Position numbers and translations under genes: made by a program
Shown here: positions 11,562 to 26,308 of the stretch, in pieces
Layout: each line of letters begins with the position of its first letter
Numbering within the stretch: the stretch's first letter is position 1
The notes under the pieces: model-generated
Told to the model about the DNA's origin: nothing
Seen by the model: only the letters and a program-made list of their open reading frames with translations
Database searches by the model: none
Source: a virus
Virus record (IMG/VR): IMGVR_UViG_3300034284_002648
Span: 1-64,000 of that record
DNA: 64,000 bases
Reading direction: 5' to 3' (one strand)

Positions 11562-14500
11562 ATGGCGATATATGTTAAAGGATATAATCCCTGGAATAAT
11601 CCACAGATATATGGAAGTTTTGGAGACACAAGTTGTGGTCAATATGTGGGTTTAGGAGGTATTTATAATACCAGTCCATCATCAGTATTTTACCACAACA
11701 CTTTTGCTCCTGAAGCTATTGATATTGGTGGTGGAGTACAGTCATTTAGTAGTTGTTATACTAATCCAATAGCTGATGGATATAATAATGCTCCCGATCT
11801 ATGTCCTCCTTATGTGGGATCTTTTGCTATTGTTGACAATAATGGAGATGTCTACTTACACGCCCCAAAACATTATGTATATGCTGGGCAATTTGATGCC
11901 AATCCATATCAAACTATGTTTAATAAATTTGCTTCTTGGCCACAGCTTTCGGGGAAAAAATGGAAAAAGGTTTTATTAACACCATTTTCTCTTCACGCTA
12001 TTACAACAACAGGACAATTATGGACTATTGTAAATAATAATGTTTATCAAAATCTGGATCAGTCTCGTCTAGAAGCATATAGCGGCTTGGGTTTGGGATA
12101 TAGAAAAAGAGTTCCAACTATTTTCGGCAGTATAGCTGGTGGTGGAACTTTTATTAGTAGAACATATCCTATGTATGATCGCCCACAATCACCAATATTT
12201 AGCTATACCAATACTATAGATATTTATAGTCCACAAAGAATGGCTTTATTTGGACCAGAATATAGAAAAGTTCTTGGAGATGGTAATCCTGGAACTCTTA
12301 CAACCATCCTAAATGCTAAAGCTGGTATAACTTCGTGTTCAAATGGACCCAGCTGGAGATTTAATGATGCCGGTAATTATGCAAAAATTCTAGATATGTA
12401 TAATTCGGTTTATATTTCTTCTCATAGTAATGTTGCCAATGATGGTAGAACAAATTATACCTCTCCTGGAGACAATCAGCACAGATCATATACTATCCCT
12501 AGTCCATATTACACTGATTGGCCCAATATCAGATCTGGTTCACCAACCTGCGTACCCGCTAATACTGCTGGATGGTTAACCAGAATTACTATAGAAGGTT
12601 CTGTTGCAGATAATTGGAAAGATATATACTATGTGCATGGATGTTTTTATGGAGTAAATACTCTGAATCAGGTTTATGTTTGGGGTCCAAACGTTCCAAC
12701 TCTCGGAGTAGTAGACTATCCTAGATTAACGACCTTGGGCGCAGACGGAGGATTAAGGAATATACAAGGAGGATCTACTGCCCCAGGCTACTCAGCATAT
12801 ACAGCATATGGCATAGACGGTAATGATGATCTAAAATTATGGACCGATATTTCATTAACGCCTGTAACTGTTTATGGTTCATTTAAAAAAGTTATAGCTG
12901 TAAATTCTCTTATGGGCTATAAAAGTGCAGCAAATGGTTTTTTCATAGCTTTAACCAAAACAAATGAAATAGTATTATTATACAACATATCATATAATCC
13001 AGGTATTGCATTCGATAGTAATCTGAGACCAGCACATAGTTTATCTACCATACCACTAGCATCAACACGAGGAGCGACATGGACAGATATTGCTCTAAGT
13101 GCTCCGTGGTTTGGATCCGGATCGGGTGTTAGTATAGACGCTATTAGAAGCGACGGTACGGTATTCAATATCTCTGGTATTACCACTACATTTGCTGGCA
13201 TAGTAACACAGCTATCCAATCAATTATCTGCAAATTCATATTTTGCAATGACATCTAATGATGAATTTAGTCAAACATATGAAAATTATGAGCGTACCAT
13301 ATTTGCAAATTCTTTATCAAATCTGAATACATCATCAACAAAATATATAGTATTTCCTAATGCGGTATACAGTGATATCAACACCCTTATACCAACACCA
13401 ACCCCTACTGCTACAAGTACTAGTACTCCTCCTCCCACTCCTACTGCAACGCCTACGAGAACACCGCCCGTTACTCCGACAACAACCAACACGCCTACTA
13501 TGTCTGTTACTCCGACACAAACACCAACAGGAACAACAACCTGCACACCCACCAATACAGCCACACCAACTAATACATCGACAACTACGCCGACAGCTAC
13601 CAACACCAGAACCCCAACTAATACTGCCACACCAACAAACACAATCACCCCAAGTAACACACCCACAAACAGTCAGACTCCTAGTAATAGTCCTACTATC
13701 AGCACAACACCTACTAATACGGCAACAAACACACAAACCCCAACCAACACACCAACAAATACACAAACTCCTACAAATACGGTTACATCAACTATTACTA
13801 GTACTCCTACTAGAACACAATGTTATTTTACTGATGTTATCCAAAATCCAAGCTTTGAAAATAATGAAACTCAAATATTAGAAAATTGGGATTATTATGG
13901 AGTTTATGTACTTGGAGGGACTAACAAACAAATAGGCTATCTCGGAGGACAGGGCGGAGTTGGACCACTCAGTAATGGTGACTATGCAGTAAGCTTAACT
14001 GGATATACTAATGGTTGGATCAGTCAATCGTTCTATACGAATGTGGGAGACTCTTATGCTATTAGGTTTAAATATACCGGAAACCCAGGCAATAGTCTAA
14101 CACCCAATAATGTCTTGAAAACGGTAAGAGTAGCCATAGGAGAAAATGATAAATCTATAAATTGGTCTAGCGCCGACAAGAGAAATATTAAACCAATATC
14201 ATCTAAGATGAAAACGACAGACTTCACGTTTTCTTCTGCATCATATCCCAATCATAGTCTTACTAATTTACAATGGGAAGATGGTATTATAACATATACA
14301 GCTACATCGGAAGTAACCAGAGTAGTATTTCAAGATTTATCAACCAGTGTAGATGGTAATGACGGTATTATTATCGATAATATAGTTTCTTGTGGAGCAC
14401 AGTATTTTACTAAAACTCCTACTCCTACCTATACTAGTACTCCAACCAATACTCCGACATTAACATCGACAACAACCAATACTCCTACAAACACACCAAC

Positions 14501-16868
14501 ACCAACACAAACACCTTCTCAACCAGAAGATAAATATCTGTATTTCTGGGGGAAAAATATTGTTTCTGATACAACAGGAAAAGCTTTTAGAATTATTCCA
14601 GATAGTCGTACTTATGTACAAGTAGCGGATAATCCAAGAGTAGATTCTAAACTAGCTACACAACTATGGTCTAAAACATTGGCTCTGTCCATAGCTGAAA
14701 ACCTAACATTCAGTTTTGCCGCAAGCGAAGACGGTTCGGAACTATACGGTTGGGGTGGGGCGGATGATCGTGACACTGATATATTTACAGAATTTTACTA
14801 TCCAGAATTTATTTCCAAATTCCCAAATCAAAAAATTCTAGATATCAGCTATGGTCAAATTAGTAGAAATAATTATATTTTATATGTATTAACCAAAGTA
14901 ATAAATGATGATCCTTTAGTTCGTGCTGCTGGTATAAATGGAATACTATTACCAGGATATGATTATTCAGTAAATCCAGTGGCGACCATATATCCAAATA
15001 TTAGGGCTACTACAGGATATTCTCTTCCATTGCCACAGAATGTCTATGTTGTAGCACCAAAAGGCATAAATATTTTATATTCTATACCAATTGGAAATAA
15101 TAGTGCTTCTTTAGGTAGATTAGCAAATATTGAAGATATCTCGAATGGTGTCAATTCAGGTATTCCGGCATACAATAGTTCAGCCACCAAAACATCTATG
15201 AGAATATTGAATACAATATTACATTCTGGGATAACTTTGATAACTCAAAGATTTTCTTTTGTGTCTATGAGTGGGTACAACTCTATTCCAAACGCTTTCC
15301 CATTCCCTGTTTCAAACAATATACCACAAGGTCCAGATATTGATATTGTAACTAAGTTTGATAGGTCTGCGGGTATAAAAACTATCGTATCTAGTATACC
15401 ACTTGCCCCAGATAATAATTTACCTCCGCTATCCTATAGCGAAGGACCATATCATTCTATGTTGATTAGTCAGACCGGTAAATTATTTGCCAGAGGATCA
15501 AACGAGGGTCGTTTTGGAAATAATGGTACCGGTGGTACATCTACTTTTGTAGAAATAGGCAGTGATAATAATTGGAAAACTGTTGTTTGCGGAGTTAATC
15601 ACACGCTTGCGCTCAAACAAGATAATTCATTATGGTCATGGGGCTGGAATAATCATGGACAGTTAGGACTTGGAGACAACCTAGATAGATACGCACCTGT
15701 TCAAATTCCTGGAGATTGGACTAAAGTTAAAGTATTTGATGGAAATATTGGACAGCATATTAATTATGGTATACAGGGTAATGGGTCTGTATGGTATTGG
15801 GGTTCCTATGTTGGCAATACTCCTGTTTTACTAGATGATTCTATAGAGTATGAAGACTTTTCATTTAGTTGTCGATCATATGATCCAACACCAACACCAA
15901 CAAATAGTCCTACTCCTACTATTACTCCAAGCAATACCGCAACTAATACGCCAACTAATACTCCGACTATATCCTCAACACCAAGTCAAACCCCAACAAA
16001 TACATCAACACCAAGTCAGACTCCAAGTAACACACCAACAATTAGTTTCACCCCAACTAACACTCCAACTATTAGTTTCACTCCAACTAATACTCCCACC
16101 ATAAGTTTGACCCCAACAAATACCAGAACTCCATCAAGAACTCCAACAATTACTCCAACAAATACCGTAACTCCAGGATTGACTGCTACTCCAACAGCCA
16201 CTCCAACACAAACACCTACAAATAGTGTAACTCCAACCAGAACACCCAGCAATACTCCAACAAACACATTTACTCCAACAAACACATCAACACCAACCAA
16301 CACACCAAGCTTTTCGCCTACCAATACCGTAACACCCAGTAATACTCCTACCAATACAGTCACTCCAACATATACTGCTACTCCAACACCCAGTCCGAGA
16401 TATGTGAATGTTCTAAGTGTAGAACAGTCAAATAAATCGGCTATAGTAGGACTATCTGCTACTGGTTCTTGGACACAAACATTTACAAATAATATTTTTG
16501 GTAGATTATCTAGAATAGAAACTATGTTTGTTGGATTATATAGTGGTACAGGTACAGTGCAAATTTACAGTGGACAACCAGGTAATAATATGACACTATT
16601 ACATAGCCAAAGTGTCAATATTCAGGCCAGTAATTCTTATCAATATAATACTTGGGATATTACTTCTGGAATTAATATCAATTTAATACCAGGATCTACA
16701 TATACTATTAAATTTATGCCAAATAATGATTTACCAGATCCATACGGTATGGTAATTAGTTTAAATAATCAATATATTGGAGGAGCTTTCTGTGAGGATG
16801 ATTCGTGTATTAAGAAGGATAGAGATCTGGTGTTTAGGGTTTATGTAGGGGTGTTAGCCACATCCTAG
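11562..16868 (+). CDS. Large multidomain adhesin-like virion protein (RCC1 propellers, DUF642-like jelly roll, TP linkers, C-terminal beta-sandwich)
   Basis: The RCC1 repeat [29 protein letters not shown] is present. NPSFEN...WISQSF...IIIDNI at 13821-14400 is a DUF642/CBM-like fold. Three TP tracts; the C-terminal domain has QTF...DLVFRVY. Confidence 0.75.
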   Translation: MAIYVKGYNPWNNPQIYGSFGDTSCGQYVGLGGIYNTSPSSVFYHNTFAPEAIDIGGGVQSFSSCYTNPIADGYNNAPDLCPPYVGSFAIVDNNGDVYLHAPKHYVYAGQFDANPYQTMFNKFASWPQLSGKKWKKVLLTPFSLHAITTTGQLWTIVNNNVYQNLDQSRLEAYSGLGLGYRKRVPTIFGSIAGGGTFISRTYPMYDRPQSPIFSYTNTIDIYSPQRMALFGPEYRKVLGDGNPGTLTTILNAKAGITSCSNGPSWRFNDAGNYAKILDMYNSVYISSHSNVANDGRTNYTSPGDNQHRSYTIPSPYYTDWPNIRSGSPTCVPANTAGWLTRITIEGSVADNWKDIYYVHGCFYGVNTLNQVYVWGPNVPTLGVVDYPRLTTLGADGGLRNIQGGSTAPGYSAYTAYGIDGNDDLKLWTDISLTPVTVYGSFKKVIAVNSLMGYKSAANGFFIALTKTNEIVLLYNISYNPGIAFDSNLRPAHSLSTIPLASTRGATWTDIALSAPWFGSGSGVSIDAIRSDGTVFNISGITTTFAGIVTQLSNQLSANSYFAMTSNDEFSQTYENYERTIFANSLSNLNTSSTKYIVFPNAVYSDINTLIPTPTPTATSTSTPPPTPTATPTRTPPVTPTTTNTPTMSVTPTQTPTGTTTCTPTNTATPTNTSTTTPTATNTRTPTNTATPTNTITPSNTPTNSQTPSNSPTISTTPTNTATNTQTPTNTPTNTQTPTNTVTSTITSTPTRTQCYFTDVIQNPSFENNETQILENWDYYGVYVLGGTNKQIGYLGGQGGVGPLSNGDYAVSLTGYTNGWISQSFYTNVGDSYAIRFKYTGNPGNSLTPNNVLKTVRVAIGENDKSINWSSADKRNIKPISSKMKTTDFTFSSASYPNHSLTNLQWEDGIITYTATSEVTRVVFQDLSTSVDGNDGIIIDNIVSCGAQYFTKTPTPTYTSTPTNTPTLTSTTTNTPTNTPTPTQTPSQPEDKYLYFWGKNIVSDTTGKAFRIIPDSRTYVQVADNPRVDSKLATQLWSKTLALSIAENLTFSFAASEDGSELYGWGGADDRDTDIFTEFYYPEFISKFPNQKILDISYGQISRNNYILYVLTKVINDDPLVRAAGINGILLPGYDYSVNPVATIYPNIRATTGYSLPLPQNVYVVAPKGINILYSIPIGNNSASLGRLANIEDISNGVNSGIPAYNSSATKTSMRILNTILHSGITLITQRFSFVSMSGYNSIPNAFPFPVSNNIPQGPDIDIVTKFDRSAGIKTIVSSIPLAPDNNLPPLSYSEGPYHSMLISQTGKLFARGSNEGRFGNNGTGGTSTFVEIGSDNNWKTVVCGVNHTLALKQDNSLWSWGWNNHGQLGLGDNLDRYAPVQIPGDWTKVKVFDGNIGQHINYGIQGNGSVWYWGSYVGNTPVLLDDSIEYEDFSFSCRSYDPTPTPTNSPTPTITPSNTATNTPTNTPTISSTPSQTPTNTSTPSQTPSNTPTISFTPTNTPTISFTPTNTPTISLTPTNTRTPSRTPTITPTNTVTPGLTATPTATPTQTPTNSVTPTRTPSNTPTNTFTPTNTSTPTNTPSFSPTNTVTPSNTPTNTVTPTYTATPTPSPRYVNVLSVEQSNKSAIVGLSATGSWTQTFTNNIFGRLSRIETMFVGLYSGTGTVQIYSGQPGNNMTLLHSQSVNIQASNSYQYNTWDITSGININLIPGSTYTIKFMPNNDLPDPYGMVISLNNQYIGGAFCEDDSCIKKDRDLVFRVYVGVLATS
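16021..16120 (+). repeat. Imperfect 30-bp tandem repeat (~3.3 copies) encoding [10 protein letters not shown]
   Basis: ctccaagtaacacaccaacaattagtttca / ccccaactaacactccaactattagtttca / ctccaactaatactcccaccataagtttga. Confidence 0.8.
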
Positions 16869-16879
16869 GAGAAAAATAG

Positions 16880-19800
16880 ATGATCGAATTTGTACAAATT
16901 ATAAATGGATCAATTAATCGTGGTGTATTACCATCCCTTAATGGAGCAGTATTAACATCTTATAATCCTCACGGATGTAATGCTGCGGTATTTGATTATT
17001 TTTTGGTAATAACTGGTCAAGACGGAGTATCAAATCGCAGAGAGATATTCCTATTTACAATCAACCACAATACATTTGGTGCTGTTAATATTGGTGGAAA
17101 AATCTATGCCCCATACGGAGGAAATACTCCCGCTAAAGAGACATTTGTTGGACTACCTATTCCACTAAGCGGTGAAAGATATTTCATAGATGTTAGACCA
17201 AATAGACTAACACCAAATCCACACTGGGCTATGAATCTATGTATATCTGGAAATGGTTTGGCGTTTACCAAAGATGGTGTTACCGCTGGTTTATGTGCAG
17301 CTCCACTAGGAACTATTACACAACCATTACCAACCCCACCTCCAACATCTACTCCTACTCCTACTCCTACAACAATCATATCTCAATGTAAATATAATTT
17401 AACTATCAACCCAAAAACCCATGGACCAAATACTCCATTAGATACTGGCGTTGATATAGATATAACAAATGGTAGAAATATCCGACTAGTAATAGGTACT
17501 ATTGGAACGATAGATTCTAGTTTTGGTACTCCAAGCGGACCCAATGGACTTCCAAACACCGTTGGACCTAATTATATATTTGAAAGACAGTCGTTGTTGG
17601 GTAAAATAGGAATGAATGGAACCCCATTCAAGGTAGGAACATCATATAATAATATACCAACAACAAGCGGTAGACTCTACTTGTTTGTAGATTTATCTTC
17701 TCCGAGTTTTGCTACAGGCAGTTTTTTATCGTCCATCAGTTACGGCTTTACACCCTGCATAAGTCAAACACCAACATCTACAGCAACTCCAACAACCACC
17801 CCTCCATCTACACCATGTATATTTAATAATAGTATACTTAGTAATAGTAGTTTTGAGAATGGGGTTACAGATTGGGATAAATATGCTGTTAATTTAGCTC
17901 CAAATAAAGGTAAAATAGCTTTATCTTTACCTATGAATGGAACTAATGGTTCACAAAATTTCTTAGATACTAGCCCAGAGGGAAAAACGGTAAAAGTATA
18001 CGAAGACGCGACAATCAGTACTCTTAACTATAGAGTTGGAGGATCCAGCGCCTATTTCAACCAATCTGCTATAATTAAAGATTCAATAGTATGCAATAAT
18101 TTTTATTTAGAGGCCAACAAATCTGGATTTTTTAATACAGGTGTTTATTTTAATACAGGAGAAAATATTTTTATCTCCAGTGAAGGCTGTGCTACATTTA
18201 ATGGAACGAATCCTTTTTCAGGAGGATATATTAATGGTGTTATAGTTGATTCTGCTAATCCAACACTGGGTTCAGTATCAAACAATAATAATGTTATATC
18301 TTTTGGAAAGACATATTCTGGTAAAGCTCTATCATCTGGCTACCTATTTTTAGGAATAAATGATTCGTTCTATGGAGATAATACTGGAGGATATTGTGTA
18401 TGTGTGAAAAAAGATATCCTGGACCCAGACTGTAACAGCATAACTAATAGTCCTAATAAATTTATAGATCAAACAAAATGTAAACAAAATATTCAGAATT
18501 GGATTTATCTAGATGATAGTCAAGATTGGGATTTTATTTGTAGCGGAGATTTTACGCTTGAGATGTGGATCAATTTTGATGATGTGTCAAAAGTTATAGG
18601 TATCTGTGGACAATCAGACGGACCATTATTAAATAATAAATGGGGACTATATTATAATGGAACATCCACAACAAATGTTGTTAACGTTGGACATATAGGT
18701 ATATTAATTGGAGATAAAACATTCTCTTCATCTATTAGCGTACCATGGAAACCTATTACTGGAAGATGGTATAATTTAGCAATTACTAGAGAAGATAATA
18801 ATTGGAAATTCTTTATAGATGGACTACAAATAGGTTCAACAGTTATCTCATCTCTTAGACCGGGAAGATCATTAGGACAACTAAGAATAGGCGCAGACGG
18901 CGAAAATTTTGCCAGATTTAGTGGATTCATGAATAGTTTTAGGATAGTCAAAGGGTATGTTGCTTATAAGAATAATTTCATTCCGTCTACTACCCCACTT
19001 ACAAATAATCTTCCTATCACTGTCAGCAATGCTGATGTTGATTCTGTTGTAGATGGAAACGAATGCTTGTTACTAAATGCCGATGGATGGGTGTCCCAAT
19101 CTTTCTTAGCTAGTCCTGGCCAAAGATATATTTTAAGATTTAAATATAGCTCAGATATAGCTAATAAAAATATTCTTTTGCCTACACCTACCGTTACTCC
19201 AAGTATAACTCCATCTAGAAGAAACTTTACCCCATCAAATTTATTAGATCAACAAATTACTGTTGGTAGTGGTCCAGTCGATTTAGTTTCTGATCCAATA
19301 AACCGTAAATTATATGTTGCTAATTCTCTAAGTAATAATATTAGTGTAATAGATCCATATTCATATAAAACATTGAATACATTCGACACAGGAGCTGGAC
19401 AGTGGACATCGGTAGTATCTGGTGGCGTGGTGAATACTGCTCCCGGAAAATTTGCCAAAACATCCGGCAGTAATAACTGGAATGCTCAGGTATACTCCAA
19501 TGAAGGGTTCGTAAGAAGCGCATACTGCTCCGCTCGTGCATCACAAACCAATGCCGGTATAATGTTTGGTCTAACCTCTGACCCAAAAGCAGATGCTGAT
19601 TTTACTGATATAAATTATTGTTGGTATTTTAATTCTAATGGAATTTTAGAAATTTATGAAAATAATGTCAGTAGAGGAGGTTTCGGAACATATACAACTT
19701 CTACTGTTGTATCCATTACATATGACGGAAATAATATTATATATGCAAAAGACGGAGCAGTACAGAGAACCGTCAGTCGTCCAATAGGCAGCGCATTATT

Positions 19801-22800
19801 TTTAGATAGCAGTTTCTTCAACGTTTCATCCGAATTAAATGCTGTTACATTCGCCCCATCCGTTACAGGACAAGGTGGACCAGTAGCACTAGGAATTAAT
19901 AAGAAAACTAACAAGCTGTATATAGCCAATAATACTAGTAATATGGTTACTATTATAGATACTAATACAGATGCTTTTATTGGTAGTATAAATATAAATG
20001 ATGGGCCAAAAAATATAACAGTAGATGATATATTAAATAAGGTTTATGTATCTACAGATACATCTGTTGTTGTGTTAGACGGATATAATGATAAAGTTTT
20101 ATATATTATTAATTGCAGACAATATAATGCTAAACCAGGTAAAGTTGTTTTAGATACATCCTTAAATAGGGTTTTTGTTCTATTAGATCAACCATCATAT
20201 AGTAACAGCACACCCTCCCTCCTATATTTTGATGGTAATAGTAATGTTACACCCACCATTAATACTATCATATCCGAACCATTAAAAGACTTCTATATAG
20301 ACTCTACATCAAATACCCTACACGCAACATTTAAGTTTACAGGATATGGAAAAGATAATCAACTATTTAAATTGAATACTCTGAGTACGAATAAGTCCTT
20401 GTCTGCTGAATGTTTCTTGTCAGGAACAACCAAGCTTATGGTTTCTGGCTTAGACCTAATATATGATCAGGCTACTGGTAGAACTTATCTATATGACAGA
20501 TCAACAAATACACTATACTTAACATATTCATCTAACATAACTTCTTCGACCAAGAAAGTATTTGTTACTTCAGGTATAGTTTATGCTGGCTCTTTTATTA
20601 AGATTAACGAGGTTTACGACGATCCTAGATTAATTTTTATTAATAGCAGTAATTCTAGAATATTCTTTGTTAATGTGCCTAATCAGTTACCACTATCGGT
20701 TTCTTTAGACACTGTTTCCACAGGAAATAGACCAATTGATGGAGATATCAATCCTTTAACACTGAAGGCATATATAACTAATTTTAATAGCGAAGATATA
20801 ACAATAGTAACAGGATTAACTAATAATCCGATTACTTCTGTCTCTAGACAATCTGTTAATGTTGGTAAAAATCCAAGAGCATCAGCTATCAATAAAAACA
20901 CCAATAAGATCTATGTATCCCTGATTACCACAAGTCAAATAGCAGTAATAAATGGATCCACAGATACAGTTGAACAATATATTAGCGTTAATAAATTTCC
21001 CAAATATATAACAGTCGATCACGCCCTAAATCGCATATATGTTTCCACCGCCTCAACAATAGATATTATAGATTGTACAACCAACACAATAATAGCATCT
21101 ATTCCCCATAATTTATCTGCTGGACAATTAGGCAAAGCCATAATTGATTCAAATGCCAGAAGAGTCTTTTTCATGGTGGATTACACATCATTACTTAATC
21201 CTGCTAATGGTAGCTACTCTGTAGTCGCAGACCCCAACGACCCATCATTGCTCTATTTTGATACTAATTTTACATCTGTTCCAAATTTAGCAAGTATTAA
21301 TTATGGTCCAATAAGTGATTTCTTTATTGATGAATTTTTTAATAATTTATACGCTATTCCTTTCAATGATACAACAACATCTTTCTTAAGAATCAACACT
21401 GTTACCTTAGCCAATAGTACCTCTCCAAATATTCTCGATCCAAATAATAAACCAATTCAAATTGGGAATTCATTGTTATATTACAATACCGTTTCCAGCA
21501 GAGTTATACTACACGATCCCGATGCTCAAATTATTTATACATTCTATTCTTTAGCTCTTAGTGGAACAACAGATATTAAGACGAATGTATACTTAAATAA
21601 TGTTATAAATATTAGATCTCTATTTATTAATACTGCATATGATGATAATAAAGTATATCTATTAAATAGTGACTATGATAGAATTAATATCGCTGATCCA
21701 TCAACCGTATTGAATGTCACATTTACTCCAACTCCGACTAGGGCAACGGCCACACCAACGCCAACGCCTACAATTACACCCCCAAACAATGCTAAAAATC
21801 TTATAGTTGCTATAGGTTCGGATAGTGGTTCTACATTATGGAAAAATCCAACATCAGAATTTGATCCGGTAGTAGGCTTGACACAGACCGTATTTAGCTA
21901 TAACCCAGATATTTATCCAAACCATTCATTAAATAATGTTGTTTGGACTGAAGGCGTTGTATTATACACACCAGCAACCCCATCTAATAGAATAGTATTC
22001 AAGACAACTTCAGGTAACATTTTACTGGATTCTATCAATATTTGTGGACAACTAAATATTACCAAAACACCAACACCAACCAATACGATAACACCAAGCA
22101 TCACACCCACCAAAACACCAACAAGTAGCGTTACACCTAGCGTTACTCCAACCATATATACCGACCCATCGTTAAATATTAAACACTATCTTGGTGTTAG
22201 TAGAAAAAAGCGCCTATATAGCTGGGGATTGAATAGTAATGGAGAATTAGGTCAAGGAGACACTATTTCTCGTATCACCCCAACCCTATTTAGGGTCCCA
22301 GGATGGAAAAGAGTCATAAGCAACCCATACTTCTTAACTGCATCACCATCCAAGGATATCGGCAATTTATGGTACGGCATCAAAAATAATTATACTTTAT
22401 GGGAATGGAGAGAAAAATCACCTTCTACCCTTGATGGTGAATTGCTGTTCGTTACTCCTAATGTCTATAGTTTTGTTTATAAGAATGCAAGTTCTATATA
22501 CTATATTCATAGCGATTCTCGTAAGCTATATAGTTATGACTTAATACAGTATCAAAGAAGCTATCAGCCAATTATAGATGAAAAAGTTTATGATGTAGTA
22601 AGCATAGCTCCAAATTTCTTTGCTGTTTTATATGATGGCGAAACAGATTTATTAATCCGCATCAATGGTGAAGATAGCTTTTTGAAATTCAACAAAGATG
22701 AATACCTACAATTATCAGCAAATAGTAATGGCACCCTCTTTGCTATAAAAAATGATAACAAGCTCTATGCATTAGGCAATAATACTAATGGTCAAATAGG

Positions 22801-23992
22801 TAATAATAGTAAACAATATATACAATTTTTAACTAAAATTGGTAATATGTCATGGAAATTTATAAGTAGTGGACAAAAACACACCCTTGCTATTAATACA
22901 GATGGTAATCTATATGGCTGGGGAGATAATTTCTATGGTCAACTTGGAGACGGAACTGCAAGAGAAAGACTTGTTCCAACAGCGTCGGTGAATACATCTA
23001 CGGATTGGACAGAAGTTTTTGCAGGCACGACCTATTCTCTTGGTAAACAATCTAGTAATGTTTTATATGGCTGGGGTCAAAATAATGAATATATGTTAGG
23101 CCTCTTCCCTCCAACAACAAGCAACATATCTGCACCAACAGCACTATTAGGTTATTGGACGGACATTACATTATCTAGCAATAGTGTTTTTGCTCTTGGA
23201 GAACCACCACCAACACCCACACCATCAGTTACAACTACAGTAACTCCATCTATTACTCCAACAAAAACACCAACACAAACACCAACAACCAGCAATACTC
23301 CTACTAAGACACCAACATGTACAGGTACTTCGACCCCGACAAATACTGCTACTCCTACTAATACTGTAACAAATAGTGCAACACCCACTAATACTCCTAC
23401 TCCCACATTAACCGGTACTGTAACTGTAACACCAACCGTATCTAATACGCCAACAAATACAGCTACTCCAACTAATACTGCAACTCCTACAGTAACAAGA
23501 ACTCCAACAAATACGCCAACTAACACAATCACTCCAAGTAGTACTAGTACGCAAACTCCTACAAATACTCTAACAAATACTCCAACAAATAGTGTCACTC
23601 CTAGTATTACTCCAACCATGACTCCCACTCAGACTATGACAAACACTCTGACAAATTCACCAACACCAACTATCACTCCATCAACAAGTCCATTGCTTAC
23701 TGTATTTTTCTATTATATTTCTGAAAGCCAATCTGATATTTGTAATAATAAAGAGGCCAATACAGTTAGAGTTATTAGTGTATACGATAGAGATAATAGT
23801 TTACAGTCTGGATCTTTTATATACAAAGATAAATATGCAAATACAAAATGGGTATTTAATGATTTAGAAACTATACTAAATACCAGCGCCCCTGTAATAT
23901 ATATGTTAGAGCTAAGTTCTAATAAATTATCTACACTTATTGCAGATAATAATGGATATGCTATAATAGATGAACAAGACATTAGTTGCTAA
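16880..23992 (+). CDS. Giant multidomain adhesin-like virion protein (LecA-like x2, LamG, DUF642-like, YVTN propeller, RCC1, TP linkers)
   Basis: LamG: [25 protein letters not shown]: [24 protein letters not shown]. LecA/PA-IL-like: [29 protein letters not shown]1: [28 protein letters not shown]. Confidence 0.75.
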   Translation: MIEFVQIINGSINRGVLPSLNGAVLTSYNPHGCNAAVFDYFLVITGQDGVSNRREIFLFTINHNTFGAVNIGGKIYAPYGGNTPAKETFVGLPIPLSGERYFIDVRPNRLTPNPHWAMNLCISGNGLAFTKDGVTAGLCAAPLGTITQPLPTPPPTSTPTPTPTTIISQCKYNLTINPKTHGPNTPLDTGVDIDITNGRNIRLVIGTIGTIDSSFGTPSGPNGLPNTVGPNYIFERQSLLGKIGMNGTPFKVGTSYNNIPTTSGRLYLFVDLSSPSFATGSFLSSISYGFTPCISQTPTSTATPTTTPPSTPCIFNNSILSNSSFENGVTDWDKYAVNLAPNKGKIALSLPMNGTNGSQNFLDTSPEGKTVKVYEDATISTLNYRVGGSSAYFNQSAIIKDSIVCNNFYLEANKSGFFNTGVYFNTGENIFISSEGCATFNGTNPFSGGYINGVIVDSANPTLGSVSNNNNVISFGKTYSGKALSSGYLFLGINDSFYGDNTGGYCVCVKKDILDPDCNSITNSPNKFIDQTKCKQNIQNWIYLDDSQDWDFICSGDFTLEMWINFDDVSKVIGICGQSDGPLLNNKWGLYYNGTSTTNVVNVGHIGILIGDKTFSSSISVPWKPITGRWYNLAITREDNNWKFFIDGLQIGSTVISSLRPGRSLGQLRIGADGENFARFSGFMNSFRIVKGYVAYKNNFIPSTTPLTNNLPITVSNADVDSVVDGNECLLLNADGWVSQSFLASPGQRYILRFKYSSDIANKNILLPTPTVTPSITPSRRNFTPSNLLDQQITVGSGPVDLVSDPINRKLYVANSLSNNISVIDPYSYKTLNTFDTGAGQWTSVVSGGVVNTAPGKFAKTSGSNNWNAQVYSNEGFVRSAYCSARASQTNAGIMFGLTSDPKADADFTDINYCWYFNSNGILEIYENNVSRGGFGTYTTSTVVSITYDGNNIIYAKDGAVQRTVSRPIGSALFLDSSFFNVSSELNAVTFAPSVTGQGGPVALGINKKTNKLYIANNTSNMVTIIDTNTDAFIGSININDGPKNITVDDILNKVYVSTDTSVVVLDGYNDKVLYIINCRQYNAKPGKVVLDTSLNRVFVLLDQPSYSNSTPSLLYFDGNSNVTPTINTIISEPLKDFYIDSTSNTLHATFKFTGYGKDNQLFKLNTLSTNKSLSAECFLSGTTKLMVSGLDLIYDQATGRTYLYDRSTNTLYLTYSSNITSSTKKVFVTSGIVYAGSFIKINEVYDDPRLIFINSSNSRIFFVNVPNQLPLSVSLDTVSTGNRPIDGDINPLTLKAYITNFNSEDITIVTGLTNNPITSVSRQSVNVGKNPRASAINKNTNKIYVSLITTSQIAVINGSTDTVEQYISVNKFPKYITVDHALNRIYVSTASTIDIIDCTTNTIIASIPHNLSAGQLGKAIIDSNARRVFFMVDYTSLLNPANGSYSVVADPNDPSLLYFDTNFTSVPNLASINYGPISDFFIDEFFNNLYAIPFNDTTTSFLRINTVTLANSTSPNILDPNNKPIQIGNSLLYYNTVSSRVILHDPDAQIIYTFYSLALSGTTDIKTNVYLNNVINIRSLFINTAYDDNKVYLLNSDYDRINIADPSTVLNVTFTPTPTRATATPTPTPTITPPNNAKNLIVAIGSDSGSTLWKNPTSEFDPVVGLTQTVFSYNPDIYPNHSLNNVVWTEGVVLYTPATPSNRIVFKTTSGNILLDSINICGQLNITKTPTPTNTITPSITPTKTPTSSVTPSVTPTIYTDPSLNIKHYLGVSRKKRLYSWGLNSNGELGQGDTISRITPTLFRVPGWKRVISNPYFLTASPSKDIGNLWYGIKNNYTLWEWREKSPSTLDGELLFVTPNVYSFVYKNASSIYYIHSDSRKLYSYDLIQYQRSYQPIIDEKVYDVVSIAPNFFAVLYDGETDLLIRINGEDSFLKFNKDEYLQLSANSNGTLFAIKNDNKLYALGNNTNGQIGNNSKQYIQFLTKIGNMSWKFISSGQKHTLAINTDGNLYGWGDNFYGQLGDGTARERLVPTASVNTSTDWTEVFAGTTYSLGKQSSNVLYGWGQNNEYMLGLFPPTTSNISAPTALLGYWTDITLSSNSVFALGEPPPTPTPSVTTTVTPSITPTKTPTQTPTTSNTPTKTPTCTGTSTPTNTATPTNTVTNSATPTNTPTPTLTGTVTVTPTVSNTPTNTATPTNTATPTVTRTPTNTPTNTITPSSTSTQTPTNTLTNTPTNSVTPSITPTMTPTQTMTNTLTNSPTPTITPSTSPLLTVFFYYISESQSDICNNKEANTVRVISVYDRDNSLQSGSFIYKDKYANTKWVFNDLETILNTSAPVIYMLELSSNKLSTLIADNNGYAIIDEQDISC

Positions 23993-24010
23993 TAGAATTG
24001 ATTATAATAT

Positions 24011-26071
24011 ATGCTATACAATATAAATTTATCACAATATAATTTATGTCATACATTAACCACCACTACAGTAGATATAGATACTACTGATATAAGTGTT
24101 GGTAACTATCTATATAAAACAAATAATATTCCTTTTTTATGGACAGAATTAAGAGCTATAAGCTCATTATTTGCCACATCTAGAAGTTTCTATCTCAATA
24201 GAACCAATGATACGACCACCATACAAGTAAAAGAAGACTTGACAAATGGCTATGCATTAATTGTGGAAGTCAACGCAACATGTCCTACTCAAACTCCTAC
24301 TCCGTCCATTACAGCATCCAATACTCCCACACCAACTAATACGCCAACACCCACTAATACTAGAACGCCCACAAGAACCCCAACTGTTACACCTAGTCCT
24401 CCTTTAAATAGATATTTATATTATGTCTCATCTAATTTAGAAGATGTTTGCTATAATAGATCTTCTACAGTAGTTAATCCTATCAGTCTGTTCGATATTA
24501 ATTCAACCCTAGAAATAGGGTCTTTCATATATAAAAACTCATCAGCTACTAGCAGATGGTTATTTAGTGAACTCACCACAAGATTAGGTGTTGTGGTATC
24601 TAAACTATATTTAATTCAGAGTAGTACAGGTTTGGTGGCCAGTATAATTTCTGGAACGGGTGGCTTTGCCGTCGTCGATGCAGACAACATACAATGTCCT
24701 GCTATGCAAATGTCAGATGAAACATATTTATTATGTCATACAAATTCATATGTTAATGTACAAATCAGCACAAAAAGTTTAGCAATCAGCAATTATATTT
24801 ATAAGAATAATGGTATAGATAATTGGACTTGGACAGAGTTAGTGGCATTGGATCCATCTTTTTCTGGTGCTGTAAAATTATTCTTAAAAAGGAATAACTA
24901 TATTATACGTATAGAGCAAGACATAGCAACAGACTATGCTGTTATTACAGATACAACCACCATATGTCCAACACAAACACCTACTCCAACCAGAACATCT
25001 ACACCAACTATAAGTGTAAGTCCGACAGTATCAGTCACACCATCTAATAGCAACACTCCTACTCCGAGCATTACTCTAAGTCGCACACCAACAAACACCC
25101 CTACTCCATCATATTCTCCTACTCCAACACCTACAGCAACAGACCCATTGAATGGAGTATACTATTATCTTTCTAATGATTCTTATGCTTTATGTCATAA
25201 TAATCCTGGTAAAATAATTTTAGTTTATGATAATAACGGTATACTAAATATTGGAGAAATATTATATCAAACATCAAATGCTTTAGATATTTGGATGTAT
25301 AGTGAGCTATTAACACTATTAGGTTTACTATCATCTGATGAACTATATATTAGAAGACAAATAGGTGCTTCAACAACAACCTACAAGATAATATCTAATC
25401 AGAATGGGGAATCAGAAGTTGCAGATATTCAAGTTTGTGTTACACAAACGCCAACACCAACTCCAACGAACACTCAAACACCCACTAATACTCAAACACC
25501 AACACAAACACTTACTAGTACTCCTACAAATACAAATACTCCTACTACTAGTGAGACCCCAACAAACACACCTACCAATACAAATACTCCTACAATGACG
25601 GAGACACCAACCAACACACCTACACCAACTAATACGGCCACACCAACTATAACAACTACTCAAACACCAACTAATACTAGTACCCCAAGCGAAACACCAA
25701 CTAATACCCCAACACCAACCAACACATCAACAGTAACTCCTACTGCCACAACAACTAGTACCACTACAGTTACTCCTTCTCCAACAGCTATTTATATTTA
25801 TAAAGCGATAAATATGAAAATTAATAGAGTAATTATTGGACATAATTATAAAGTAGAATTGTCTACAGACGATATTGGATTGGCCAAGGTTGAACCATCC
25901 ATAATAACATTTACAGGAACTTATGATCCTCAAAATATAGCATTTAAAATAGGGTTCTCTGCTGCTTTAGCTACCATTATATTAAATGCCAAAGTAACAG
26001 ATTTAGATACAAATATGATAGAATATAATACTGTATTTATTAAATGTAATGAAATACAAGATTGTTATTAA
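24011..26071 (+). CDS. Thr/Pro-linker virion protein with four ~90-aa Cys-bounded repeats and a C-terminal beta-sandwich
   Basis: Repeats of the form Y.S....LCH...L.IG..IYK...W...EL...C; three TP tracts. Confidence 0.7.
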   Translation: MLYNINLSQYNLCHTLTTTTVDIDTTDISVGNYLYKTNNIPFLWTELRAISSLFATSRSFYLNRTNDTTTIQVKEDLTNGYALIVEVNATCPTQTPTPSITASNTPTPTNTPTPTNTRTPTRTPTVTPSPPLNRYLYYVSSNLEDVCYNRSSTVVNPISLFDINSTLEIGSFIYKNSSATSRWLFSELTTRLGVVVSKLYLIQSSTGLVASIISGTGGFAVVDADNIQCPAMQMSDETYLLCHTNSYVNVQISTKSLAISNYIYKNNGIDNWTWTELVALDPSFSGAVKLFLKRNNYIIRIEQDIATDYAVITDTTTICPTQTPTPTRTSTPTISVSPTVSVTPSNSNTPTPSITLSRTPTNTPTPSYSPTPTPTATDPLNGVYYYLSNDSYALCHNNPGKIILVYDNNGILNIGEILYQTSNALDIWMYSELLTLLGLLSSDELYIRRQIGASTTTYKIISNQNGESEVADIQVCVTQTPTPTPTNTQTPTNTQTPTQTLTSTPTNTNTPTTSETPTNTPTNTNTPTMTETPTNTPTPTNTATPTITTTQTPTNTSTPSETPTNTPTPTNTSTVTPTATTTSTTTVTPSPTAIYIYKAINMKINRVIIGHNYKVELSTDDIGLAKVEPSIITFTGTYDPQNIAFKIGFSAALATIILNAKVTDLDTNMIEYNTVFIKCNEIQDCY

Positions 26072-26082
26072 AAGGACATTTT

Positions 26083-26307
26083 ATGGCTATTAAAAATATA
26101 TCATTGTCTGATGTTGCAGATAAACTAGTTGTCAGTAGTATGAACATTAACGATAGTTCATTGACGGAAAGAAAAAACAACATCTTTTCAACAGCATCAT
26201 ACTATTTATTCTCAATTAATAAACCAGCTTTTGCTATAGAACTAGCAGAGAACATCAATCCTGTAACTTTCAGTCCGTCTAGAGACTCTCCACCTTTGTC
26301 TACATAA
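26083..26307 (+). CDS. Small hypothetical protein (74 aa)
   Basis: The ATG at 26083 has an AAGGA SD and is preferred over the TTG at 26062. The ORF fills the gap between two large genes. Confidence 0.55.
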   Translation: MAIKNISLSDVADKLVVSSMNINDSSLTERKNNIFSTASYYLFSINKPAFAIELAENINPVTFSPSRDSPPLST

Positions 26308-26308
26308 T

